From IMG/VR virus record IMGVR_UViG_3300007630_000016, positions 1 to 31,501 of that record: DNA of 31,501 nucleotides; one strand, 5' to 3'. This DNA is from a virus. Lineage: Duplodnaviria > Caudoviricetes. The first letter of the stretch is position 1; every line of letters begins with the position of its first letter. Made by a program: the position numbers and the translations under genes. This document shows positions 1 to 8,894 of this stretch, piece by piece. The notes beneath the pieces are model-generated. The model saw only the letters and a program-made list of their open reading frames with translations. It was not told where the DNA came from and did not search any database.

Positions 1-2859
1 ATCAGAATCGCGATTGTGGACAACATAGATGTAAATATGATCTTGTTTGTGTTCGTCAATATTGAAGTGTACGTTTGCGGATCTATACGTATCTCCAGGA
101 ACATATACGTATTCTCTATAATGACTCTTGTGTGGGAAATACATATTGGAGTCTGCGTGAAGATTATTATTATCTGATACTTTGATAATATTATTGCACA
201 CATCGTCAACTAGTTTACTTACTGACTCTATGTTATTTTTAATAGCAATTCGTTTAACCTGATTTATAAAACGTTTCTTAAAGGAATACCAATCAGCTGC
301 TTGATTTTCTATAGCAGTTGAAATGTTTAATTCATTACTTGAAAAGGCATAGTCATGCATAATACTAATATCTTCATGCATGAATATTTCACCACCATAT
401 GCGTTATTTTGTAGTGATAGATGATAATTGTTTTCTCCATATGTCTGGCCCGTAAAACCAGGTGTAAAACGTATTAAACTTTCCCAGTGTTCATGCGTAT
501 CGCTAATAGTAAATTCTCTGAGTGGAAGATTATTACTATTATGGTTATGAATTTCTGGAAGCTCAGTATTGCCAGTATTTGTATTGCTGTTACTATAGTA
601 TTCTAAATCAATAATATTTTTACCATCGACTAATTGAGCAGACGGTATAACTATTGAATTAGAACTAATTGAATACGCACTTACATCTAAATGTACACCA
701 TTGACGTAAAGGTGGTGATAGAAATCTTCAGTATTAGGAACAACTGTTATAATGCCTCTGTTGTTAATATCTACAGTTCCATAAAGGATGTTCAGACTGA
801 TAAATGATTCAGGTACCTGGAGATATATGTACGGACCATCTCTTACTACTGTAACTTCGTAGCCAGGTATTGTTTCAATATCATTACCAGTGTCTACATC
901 CCAAAACTTTAGTTCTTCATCTGGCAGTAAATTATGGAATGTATATGTCTTACCGCCGCCCAAAGTGATGTTTGTTTGATTAGTTCTAGATCTATTATAA
1001 CTGCCCTCTGTTAAAATTTCGCTGGTTGAAATTTTTCCATTTAAATTAAAAACAAGGTATTCTTTATTAACGCTCCAATTATCAGTACCGTAAGGAATAA
1101 CAACATCTGAACCTGAATCTGCAATTACCTGAACATGCTCTTTAGCACCTAAAGAAAATGCTGAAGGGAAATATGATGAATAAAAATTGTTTCCTATTTT
1201 AAAGAAATAGTATCCTTTGATTTCTTTTTCAACGTTGCTTGATGCCTCTTGATAAGTGTGTCTCTCGTTTATTATATTGTTTTCATATAATATTTCACTT
1301 TTTAGACCAGCATCTTTATACGCGAGCGGAAAACCCAATTCGCTGTCAATTATTGAACTGTTACTGGATTTATAAGAAAAGATCTTACTGCCTGTAAAAG
1401 TTGAACTGTCGAAATCGTCTAGCCATACGTTATTTTTGTCCGCTAGCTTAAACATTGGCGCAGTATTTGGTGCTAGTTTTACTTGAGATATCTGGAAACG
1501 ATAATCCTGATCTACATAAAGATCTCGCTGGTTATACGTGCCACCAGATGCATAATCGTTTATTACTGTAAATGTATTGTTAGGGGATAGATTTTCATAA
1601 AGTTCTACTTGGCCGGATCTTTTAATTAAGAATATTCCAAATTCACCTGAATATGAATCCAATTGATATGCGACTAAACTGTCTACCTTAACGTATTCAC
1701 CATTAATTTCAACTGTGTCTCCAATGACAGTAGTATACTGCGCATTACCACCTCCAAGAGAACCAGAGTCTGGCAAATGATTGACTCCTAGAAGATAATT
1801 AACCTTGCCCTTGTAATGGGTTAATTTTGGCTCATCTCTTGTTACAGAAGAAACATATGCGTTGTCCATCATAACTATAAATGGATTAAATTCAATGATT
1901 GGGCGTTTAGCTTGGTTTTCTGTCTTTAAGACTGACTTGATATCAAATGAGCTATTCAATTCTAGAATGTATGATAATGTCTCTCTATGAACCCAATAGT
2001 TTGCACGTGACCATGCAGACGAAATTTCGTCAGAATTATTAATAACTATATAATCCTTTTTATTATTAACAGAAAACTCTCCAGATATTTTGTCTGTATG
2101 TGGTACTACGCTAGTATAGACTTCTAACTCCAGATCGTATGTCTCTGAAATATCAGTAACTGAAATTGTCGTTGTTAAAATTTTAAAACGTATATTTTTT
2201 CCAACACCGGTTACCAGATATACATTATTAATAATGTCTACTGGCCATCTGCTACCAACAAATTTTACGATCATACCATTATGTAATGTTATTGGACCGT
2301 CAGTTGTTGTAAATGATGCGAATGGTCTGCCAGCGTATACAACAGTAGGATCCAGAATTTCTGGAGCACTATTATCAATTATTTCAATTATTGGCAATAT
2401 AGGAGCCCAGAAATACTGACTGTAATTTAAGAACTTATCAATATTGATGGGTGGAGCAAAAACATATGCTTGACTATTATATGCGCCATTGAGAGAATAG
2501 TTTTCAAAATTGTAATTGATATTATTAAGGATATCATTGCCTGATATATGGTCTACCACAACGTCATTAAATTCAGAGACAATTGCTGCGCTTAGTTGAT
2601 TTTCGTATCCAGTGTTAATATATACATCGTCGTATTTGTCCAGTACTTCTCCAGTATATTTTCCTACAAAGCCATGAATATCTTCAAGATCTCCTTTTGA
2701 AACCATCCGATTTAGTGTAGCGTCTAACCATTTACGATTTAGCGGAGTTCTAAAAGTCTTAGGTAAGAATTCAGATGTATCAATGTTTACTACTGGTCGT
2801 CGACCTGCTCTAGTTTTGTTTACCGCTTTTTCGTTATTATCTGATTTAAAATCTGACAT
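1..2859 (-). CDS. Large virion structural protein (probable baseplate wedge, gp7-like position); 3' end runs off the window
   Basis: Not in the ORF track. ATG at 2859 just after the gp6-like stop (MSDFKSDNNEKAVNK...FLPKTFRTPLNRKWLDATLNRM...PPINIDKFLNYSQYFW). The same frame reads open at position 1 (...IYVVHNRDSD); the ends were translated by hand, not every codon. Synteny with gp25/gp6. Confidence 0.75.
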   Translation of the reverse strand, partial: MSDFKSDNNEKAVNKTRAGRRPVVNIDTSEFLPKTFRTPLNRKWLDATLNRMVSKGDLEDIHGFVGKYTGEVLDKYDDVYINTGYENQLSAAIVSEFNDVVVDHISGNDILNNINYNFENYSLNGAYNSQAYVFAPPINIDKFLNYSQYFWAPILPIIEIIDNSAPEILDPTVVYAGRPFASFTTTDGPITLHNGMIVKFVGSRWPVDIINNVYLVTGVGKNIRFKILTTTISVTDISETYDLELEVYTSVVPHTDKISGEFSVNNKKDYIVINNSDEISSAWSRANYWVHRETLSYILELNSSFDIKSVLKTENQAKRPIIEFNPFIVMMDNAYVSSVTRDEPKLTHYKGKVNYLLGVNHLPDSGSLGGGNAQYTTVIGDTVEINGEYVKVDSLVAYQLDSYSGEFGIFLIKRSGQVELYENLSPNNTFTVINDYASGGTYNQRDLYVDQDYRFQISQVKLAPNTAPMFKLADKNNVWLDDFDSSTFTGSKIFSYKSSNSSIIDSELGFPLAYKDAGLKSEILYENNIINERHTYQEASSNVEKEIKGYYFFKIGNNFYSSYFPSAFSLGAKEHVQVIADSGSDVVIPYGTDNWSVNKEYLVFNLNGKISTSEILTEGSYNRSRTNQTNITLGGGKTYTFHNLLPDEELKFWDVDTGNDIETIPGYEVTVVRDGPYIYLQVPESFISLNILYGTVDINNRGIITVVPNTEDFYHHLYVNGVHLDVSAYSISSNSIVIPSAQLVDGKNIIDLEYYSNSNTNTGNTELPEIHNHNSNNLPLREFTISDTHEHWESLIRFTPGFTGQTYGENNYHLSLQNNAYGGEIFMHEDISIMHDYAFSSNELNISTAIENQAADWYSFKKRFINQVKRIAIKNNIESVSKLVDDVCNNIIKVSDNNNLHADSNMYFPHKSHYREYVYVPGDTYRSANVHFNIDEHKQDHIYIYVVHNRDSD

Positions 2860-2863
2860 ATTC

Positions 2864-5800
2864 TTATCCTATTGCTCTAATATTTTCTTTTGTGATTGAA
2901 CTTATAATTTCTATATCACTTAGTGATACGTCTGGTATAAACAGCTCATCACTCATTGGTGTGATCTGGAACAATGTTCCAAACACACTGTTTTGATCGT
3001 CTGGCACAATAACAAAACTACTTACAATATTGGTCATATTCTTATGGATGTATGATGCTAATTCAGTAAAATAAAATGTTTCTCCAAAATCCCAATTTCG
3101 TGTATCAAAAAAATCGTATACTAATTTTAGTATCATTGATTTAATATCACTGTCAGTATACTTTGTTCCGGCTACCTTTATAACTTTAAATTTTGCCCGT
3201 AAATCATATGATGCTTTATTACCAAACAATACCTTATACTTAACCGGTCTATAAATTACGGAATCACTGATTGATTTTTTATATGCAACATCGGAAAATT
3301 GTTGATTTAATTCATCTATTGTTGGTGAAAGTGGCTCACCTGTAAAATTTGAGTCATTAAATAGCCAATTTCTATAAATTGTATCATACGAATTAGTTAA
3401 TACAAACACATCTATTATATTACTAAAACTAGGATCTATTAATTCATTTACAGCAGGAATGTGTGTCCATTCAAATCTTTGATCAGCTATTTGAGTATTT
3501 TCTCCGCCAACAATATCAGTAAATGATTCTGGATTGTCAGGTCGTGAGTTTTCATCATCATCTATTAATGACAAATTAACACGGTTTGGGGTGAAATATC
3601 CATTTTCGTCAACATCGTATCCGTATACATAAAATTTCTCAAATTCATTTCCTTCTCTAAAACACAATATGGTGTCTCTTACTTTTTTCTTAGTATATCC
3701 ATCAAGTCTGTATTCATTACTGGTATTACTAAATCTTATTTGAGATGATTCCAATACATATCTTACCCCACGCACTGTAATACTATAGCTAAATCTACTT
3801 GTCTCGGCATTTGTGTTACCAGTGTATTCAAAAAGGATCATCCAGTCATTAGGTTCGTTACCATTAAAATTATATTGCGAAGGAGCAGACGAAATAGTTG
3901 GATTGATCGCTGTTTGCCATGTACCATTAAATGGTTTGTATTTGATGACAAAATTTCTTTTGTTTTCTATTTCGGTCAGGATTTCTGTTTTTTCATCTGT
4001 AGTGAACTGTCTAGAAAATGCCATATATATAATTTCAATCGTTGATCCAGTAGGCACTTCAACATCAAGAGTGATTGCGCCCTGCCCAGTGGTTGTCAAA
4101 CCGCTTGGGTTTCCAAGATTATTGTCAACACCCAACCCGTTAGCAAACATTTTAGAAACACTTGCCCAGTAAACATTGTTACCATTAACAAATTTTACCA
4201 TTGCCCCAGGTTGTAGGAAATATGTATAAATGCTTTCATTATTATTTCCCACCACATTGGATGTTGCGTCCGTAATATATCCTGTCATGCCGTCGTATGT
4301 ATTCCAATAGAAAACTCCAGGGAAGGCATCCCTAGTGCTTAAGAAATAATTTATATGTTTATCATAATACAGTGATAGCAATTCATGATCAGACAAAAGT
4401 GGCTTGACATAATTCTCAAATATTGAATAACTTGTCAGGCTATTCGCAACATCAGTCTTTGTATTGTCGGCTTTTTTTAATAAGCCATCTGTAGCAAATA
4501 GTCTAACTTTACCATATTCACCTGTTGGATCTTTAAGATCAAGATGACGAGTATGGCCACTGTGTGTTCTGTTTATGCTTTTTGATTTAATTATACCTGT
4601 ACTCAGTGATGATATATAATTATTATAATCATCAGCAGTGATCATTCTATCCTGCGCAGAATATATTTTTGGTGCGTTTTCTCTTATATCGTCAAGTGAC
4701 TCTGACACACTAGCGTTTGATACACTTTTCTTAAGTTGAACTGTAAGTGTTAGAGTGTATATATTTCCATCGATTCCAGTATACTGGAGATTTATTTTCT
4801 TTGATCCAATGTCATCAGGACGCAATACATATGTTGAGTTTTCACTAACTCTATACCATACACGAATAAGATTTTTAGGTAAATTTCCGAAATGTCCGTC
4901 TGCAAACAAAATACTTATTTGATTATTTTCACGAGTTTTTACAGCAAAAATATCTCTACTCGTAGTGTTTTCATCTTCCTTAGATGACACACTGTATATT
5001 TCGTTCAATCCCCAAACGTTATCAACCTTTTTCCAATTCTTAATAACATTTCCATTGTCGTTAATTGATTGTACCCAGACGTCTTTATTATTCACATTGT
5101 TGACGTTAACGTCAAGAGATAAATTTCCTATAGGTGAGTCAATACTAAAATCTTTAAAAGCAAGCGAGCCTTGCTTAAAGTTTACAAAAAAACCACTACT
5201 GTCACTATTAATTCCTGTACCATCATTTCTAAAAACAATATTAAATGCTTTAGCAGGATCAGGATCTGATTCTTCTAATGTTCTATTCAAAAAGTTATAA
5301 TCTACACCTACAGCGTTGAATGGCCGTTTGCTGCCTGATACTGCACCTGATAATTCAAAAACAATTTGATTTGAGGTATTGTTAAAACTATAAATTTCGG
5401 TAGTAACACCATTGATTCCTACCTGTGATCTTGGATTTCCAAATTGATTATTTTGTGCTAGTGCCACGTTTAGTACAGTAATAAAGTCATCAATGTTATT
5501 ATTTTTTGAATTTTCGTAACGAATTTCCTTGCCTGCCAGTGTTGTTCCACTACCACCAAATACATCTTCATTTGTTTTTACGCTAACAATTTTTAACTCG
5601 CCACTGGCTGGCATATTGCGGCGCGGGTGATAACCTAAAAATTCAGCTAGTTTAAAAACTGAATCTTGTCTTTTAGCAGTACTTAAAAAGTTATCACGTG
5701 CATTCAAATCAAGTCTAAATGCCAAGTTATGTCCAAATTGAGCTACAACATCAAGCAATGCTACAAATTCACTGGATTCAATCCAGTCATTAAAACTTTC

Positions 5801-5947
5801 GGGATAATTTGATTTAATGTATTCTACCATTGATTCTCTAATGGTGTCGAAATCAAATGCCTTAAAGTTTGCGTTTAGATAAGAATCATAAACAGCCATA
5901 TAATCTTCTGCTGCAAATAATCTTGTTTGTCTTACTCGTTGTGCCAT
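2864..5947 (-). CDS. gp6: Baseplate wedge subunit, T4 gp6-like (1027 aa, enlarged)
   Basis: N-terminal FDFDTIRESMVEYIK...F.DW.ESSEF.ALLD...FLSTAK..DSVFKLAEFLGY.P and ESLDDIRENAP..YSAQDRMITADDY are gp6/baseplate-J-type motifs; lies directly after gp25-like gene. Confidence 0.85.
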   Translation of the reverse strand: MAQRVRQTRLFAAEDYMAVYDSYLNANFKAFDFDTIRESMVEYIKSNYPESFNDWIESSEFVALLDVVAQFGHNLAFRLDLNARDNFLSTAKRQDSVFKLAEFLGYHPRRNMPASGELKIVSVKTNEDVFGGSGTTLAGKEIRYENSKNNNIDDFITVLNVALAQNNQFGNPRSQVGINGVTTEIYSFNNTSNQIVFELSGAVSGSKRPFNAVGVDYNFLNRTLEESDPDPAKAFNIVFRNDGTGINSDSSGFFVNFKQGSLAFKDFSIDSPIGNLSLDVNVNNVNNKDVWVQSINDNGNVIKNWKKVDNVWGLNEIYSVSSKEDENTTSRDIFAVKTRENNQISILFADGHFGNLPKNLIRVWYRVSENSTYVLRPDDIGSKKINLQYTGIDGNIYTLTLTVQLKKSVSNASVSESLDDIRENAPKIYSAQDRMITADDYNNYISSLSTGIIKSKSINRTHSGHTRHLDLKDPTGEYGKVRLFATDGLLKKADNTKTDVANSLTSYSIFENYVKPLLSDHELLSLYYDKHINYFLSTRDAFPGVFYWNTYDGMTGYITDATSNVVGNNNESIYTYFLQPGAMVKFVNGNNVYWASVSKMFANGLGVDNNLGNPSGLTTTGQGAITLDVEVPTGSTIEIIYMAFSRQFTTDEKTEILTEIENKRNFVIKYKPFNGTWQTAINPTISSAPSQYNFNGNEPNDWMILFEYTGNTNAETSRFSYSITVRGVRYVLESSQIRFSNTSNEYRLDGYTKKKVRDTILCFREGNEFEKFYVYGYDVDENGYFTPNRVNLSLIDDDENSRPDNPESFTDIVGGENTQIADQRFEWTHIPAVNELIDPSFSNIIDVFVLTNSYDTIYRNWLFNDSNFTGEPLSPTIDELNQQFSDVAYKKSISDSVIYRPVKYKVLFGNKASYDLRAKFKVIKVAGTKYTDSDIKSMILKLVYDFFDTRNWDFGETFYFTELASYIHKNMTNIVSSFVIVPDDQNSVFGTLFQITPMSDELFIPDVSLSDIEIISSITKENIRAIG

Positions 5948-5958
5948 CTTTTTGTCTC

Positions 5959-6327
5959 TTATAATACTTCGCGATCAAAATCAATTGATAGTTGTGTAAC
6001 TTGGCTCAGTGGAATATAAGTTAAACTCATATTAACTGTTACCTTGTGCTCGCGTTCTATAACATCTATACTACTACTATCCAAAACGAATCTTGGATCA
6101 TAAGCAACTACACGTTCAACATCTTGTTGAATTAATTCAATAGTACCTTCGTCAAGTGGTTCGAAAATATAATGCGATATATAGCTACCAAAATCAGGCA
6201 GTGTCCATTTTTCACCTGGTACAATAGAAAAATGATTTCTCAGATCTGATAAAGCCAGATCTAAGTCTGTAAGCGTCACGCTTGTACAAGTAGTTCCTGA
6301 GTTTGATATGCCTATAATTTCCGCCAT
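5959..6327 (-). CDS. gp25: Baseplate wedge/sheath initiator, gp25/GpW-like (about 122 aa)
   Basis: GEKWTLPDFGS...FEPLD...IQQDVERVVAYDPR matches the gp25 family pattern. Start moved from 6378 to ATG 6327 because the upstream extension overlaps a terminator hairpin and a late-promoter motif. Confidence 0.85.
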   Translation of the reverse strand: MAEIIGISNSGTTCTSVTLTDLDLALSDLRNHFSIVPGEKWTLPDFGSYISHYIFEPLDEGTIELIQQDVERVVAYDPRFVLDSSSIDVIEREHKVTVNMSLTYIPLSQVTQLSIDFDREVL

Positions 6328-6332
6328 AATAA

Positions 6333-6339
6333 TATTTAT
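6333..6339 (-). promoter_or_regulatory. Putative late promoter (ATAAATA) for gp25-gp6-wedge genes
   Basis: T4 late-promoter-like motif between a terminator and the gp25 ATG; recurs in most intergenic gaps of this window. Confidence 0.6.
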
Positions 6340-6360
6340 GCAGAAATTAACTGCTAAGAT

Positions 6361-6391
6361 AATACCCAGTGTCTCCACTGGGTATTTTTTT
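6361..6391. terminator. Intrinsic terminator-like hairpin after HNH gene, possibly bidirectional
   Basis: Perfect 11-bp stem AATACCCAGTG/CACTGGGTATT; GAGA tetraloop on the minus strand; T-run on the plus side and UAUUAUCUU tail on the minus side. Confidence 0.75.
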
Positions 6392-6947
6392 AGTTTGACA
6401 TTCCGTTATGACGTTCGTCTACTATTAAATGTTCTTCTGGCCATTGTATGTAGTATTGCCAGGCGGGATCTGGTATAATAACGTCAAATTTCTTAGCATT
6501 GCTGTTCATTTCGTGCCAGCTTGGACGGAATGGATCACGCAATGGTCGCAGAAGTTGTTTACCTTTGCGACTATTACAGGGCATACAAGCACTAACAGTA
6601 TTCATCCAAGTAGTACGTCCGCCCATCGCACGTGGAATCACGTGGTCAATGGTTAGGTCACCTGAACTAAATCTTTTGCCACAGTATTGGCACTGATTAC
6701 TGTCACGCAGATATAAGTTCTTACGTGTGAATTTTGCGGTTGCTGGAGACTTTTGATACTCATTTAGCATAACAATGCTGGGCATCTGCATTTGGAAGTT
6801 TGCAGCATGTAATACGCGGTCATAACTGTGGAGTATTTTTACTTTATCTTGAAAGTATGCTTTAACAGCGTTTTGCCAGCTAATGGTACTAAGTGGTAGT
6901 AAACTTAGCGGTTGTGCATCTGCGTTTAGTATTAACACCCTAGCCAT
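6390..6947 (-). CDS. HNH endonuclease (McrA-like, Zn-binding)
   Basis: RD...CQYCG...TIDHVIPRAMGG...W.N.VSAC..CN..KG; N-terminal VLILNAD..PL motif. Confidence 0.92.
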   Translation of the reverse strand: MARVLILNADAQPLSLLPLSTISWQNAVKAYFQDKVKILHSYDRVLHAANFQMQMPSIVMLNEYQKSPATAKFTRKNLYLRDSNQCQYCGKRFSSGDLTIDHVIPRAMGGRTTWMNTVSACMPCNSRKGKQLLRPLRDPFRPSWHEMNSNAKKFDVIIPDPAWQYYIQWPEEHLIVDERHNGMSN

Positions 6948-6957
6948 TTTGTAATCC

Positions 6958-7692
6958 TTAACTTAACCGCTGTTCTTGATCTACTATCTGCCGTTTTCTA
7001 GCCTGTGTTAATCCGGGTAAGAATCGCCGCGTCTCTACGTAATATATGTATTCAGCCTGTTGCCGTGCGAGTGCGTCTTTGATTCTGTTTGGATAATTCC
7101 CTCTGATTAACTGTAGTCCACGTTCCTTTAACAAACTTCTGTCTGTGTATCTTCCATAATTTCCAAGCATCATTATCTTTGCTTCTGCTTGTGTTCTCAT
7201 ACGATCAGCACCATTGTAAATGAATACTGTTCCAATATGATCCCACTTGCGCTCTCTAATGTAGTCTCTGAGATCATATCTACAGATGTCTGTTCCTACA
7301 TATTCAAATCTTCCCGTAAAGTAATGAAGGCTTACCATAGCATCATACTGTGATTGCGTCATACTGTCAAGTGGAAACAAGCTCTTAAAACGTCTTTCTT
7401 TATTTTTAAAATCTTCCAACCAATAGCTGTATGACTGGGTTTCCGTTAGTCCTACACCATCATTACCTTTTGTTGTATTGTAGCCAATGCGTTTGACTCC
7501 TTCAGCATCAGCATACTGATAGGGTGTCCATTTGTACTGTCGCAACGCAAAGTTAAGTAGTAGTGGGCTTGCTTCTAGTGTACGGAATTCTTTTAGTTCA
7601 GTAACGGCTGTTTCACTAGTGATGGGATATATGCTAAAGTCTTTTAGCATTTCACTTGTTACAGTTGTTGGGCGTACTACATAATTAGGCAT
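6958..7692 (-). CDS. GH24 phage-lysozyme-like baseplate protein, probably catalytically degenerate
   Basis: Y.D..G...IGY and MTQSQYDAMVSLHYFTG resemble GH24 motifs. Start moved to ATG 7692, which forms a TAATG overlap with the gp5-like stop. Confidence 0.6.
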   Translation of the reverse strand: MPNYVVRPTTVTSEMLKDFSIYPITSETAVTELKEFRTLEASPLLLNFALRQYKWTPYQYADAEGVKRIGYNTTKGNDGVGLTETQSYSYWLEDFKNKERRFKSLFPLDSMTQSQYDAMVSLHYFTGRFEYVGTDICRYDLRDYIRERKWDHIGTVFIYNGADRMRTQAEAKIMMLGNYGRYTDRSLLKERGLQLIRGNYPNRIKDALARQQAEYIYYVETRRFLPGLTQARKRQIVDQEQRLS

Positions 7693-8894
7693 TATACTGG
7701 TTTCCCTTGCCCTGTTGTAAATGATTCTTGAACTCCAGGCACACCGTTCCATGGATGACGCTCTGGAACACGGCTAGCTGCGCTTTGTGACACGCCACTG
7801 TTTTCTACTAGGCCATTTGGGGTTGGCTTTTCAGCAGCGTCAGCACTTGCTCCGCTGTTTGAATTAACCTTGGGTGCTGTCATTTTAATAGCAGCAGAGG
7901 ATTTCAAACTTAGTGAAGCATCACTTTGAACGTTGGCAACACCTGTTGATTTCATATGCAGTGGTCCATCAGTTGCAGCTCTTATACCATCGCCGCCTGC
8001 TTGAATATTGATACCTTGATCAGCTTGCATGTTAATATTGCCTTGTGCGTGGAAATTGATGTCCTGTGCTGATGCAACGCTAAAACTATTCTCACTAAAA
8101 ATGTCAATACAGCCGGCAGCGTTCATTTCAATATGTGTGCTACCGCTCTGGTTAGTAATGAATACTATGCCCGTGCTGTCGTCAATAAGTATTTGTCCGC
8201 CGCCCGGTGTACGTATGCGTATGTTCTGACTGCCGCTACCATCAGCGGCGCCATCATCCATAGTTAATACAGCGCCGCCGGCAGTTGTAATACCAAAAAC
8301 TTTGCTTGGACTTTCACGTCTAGCACTACTCATACTGTGTCCACGAACGTAATCATCTTCCAAACCTTGTTCAGCTAGTTGTTCACCACGTGCGGTGTCA
8401 GTTGGGCGTGTTTGTGGATCAGTGTCATATGGGTTCTGTTCGCCAACTGGTCCAATGTTTCCATCCTTATCTTCAGAACTGGCATTGCCTCCCATATTAT
8501 GGTTGGTTTGTGCAGTAAGTAATGACCCCATTAATATGCCCTGCTGCATACCTGGACTAAACTGTACTACTACGTTTGTACCAGGCGCCGGTGGCTGCGG
8601 CCACATACCAAAAGACTGTGCGGTAGTATTTGAATCTTCTACATCCGCTGACGATGCCTTGTGTCCATTAGAGCCGCCCATAGGTGACATGAGTAGTACA
8701 ACGTGTTCAGCAGGATTGTCTTCTGGAGATCCGTGTTCACCAATTCTAACCGTAATGCGTCCTGTACGATTTACATCTTCGTTTGATACTACAGTAGCAG
8801 TGTATGTTCCATTTGGCAAGTTTACATTGCGTGTATCACCGCGCCTACCACGTTCTGGAATGTTTATACCTGTTGTTTTTACATCTCCGCCCAT
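7692..8894 (-). CDS. gp5: Baseplate central spike, gp5/VgrG-like (OB fold plus beta-helix)
   Basis: TATVVSNED..RTGRITVRI, FGMWPQPPAPGTNVVVQF (OB fold); IRIRTPGGGQILIDD and repeated beta-strand C-terminus. Confidence 0.8.
   Translation of the reverse strand: MGGDVKTTGINIPERGRRGDTRNVNLPNGTYTATVVSNEDVNRTGRITVRIGEHGSPEDNPAEHVVLLMSPMGGSNGHKASSADVEDSNTTAQSFGMWPQPPAPGTNVVVQFSPGMQQGILMGSLLTAQTNHNMGGNASSEDKDGNIGPVGEQNPYDTDPQTRPTDTARGEQLAEQGLEDDYVRGHSMSSARRESPSKVFGITTAGGAVLTMDDGAADGSGSQNIRIRTPGGGQILIDDSTGIVFITNQSGSTHIEMNAAGCIDIFSENSFSVASAQDINFHAQGNINMQADQGINIQAGGDGIRAATDGPLHMKSTGVANVQSDASLSLKSSAAIKMTAPKVNSNSGASADAAEKPTPNGLVENSGVSQSAASRVPERHPWNGVPGVQESFTTGQGKPV

Noticed and set aside
6328-6378. N-terminal extensions from the ORF track (gp25 from 6378; also 7752, 12235, 15798, 20512, 30047)
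   Set aside because: They overlap terminators, promoters or neighbouring genes; downstream ATGs have better RBS or coupling.
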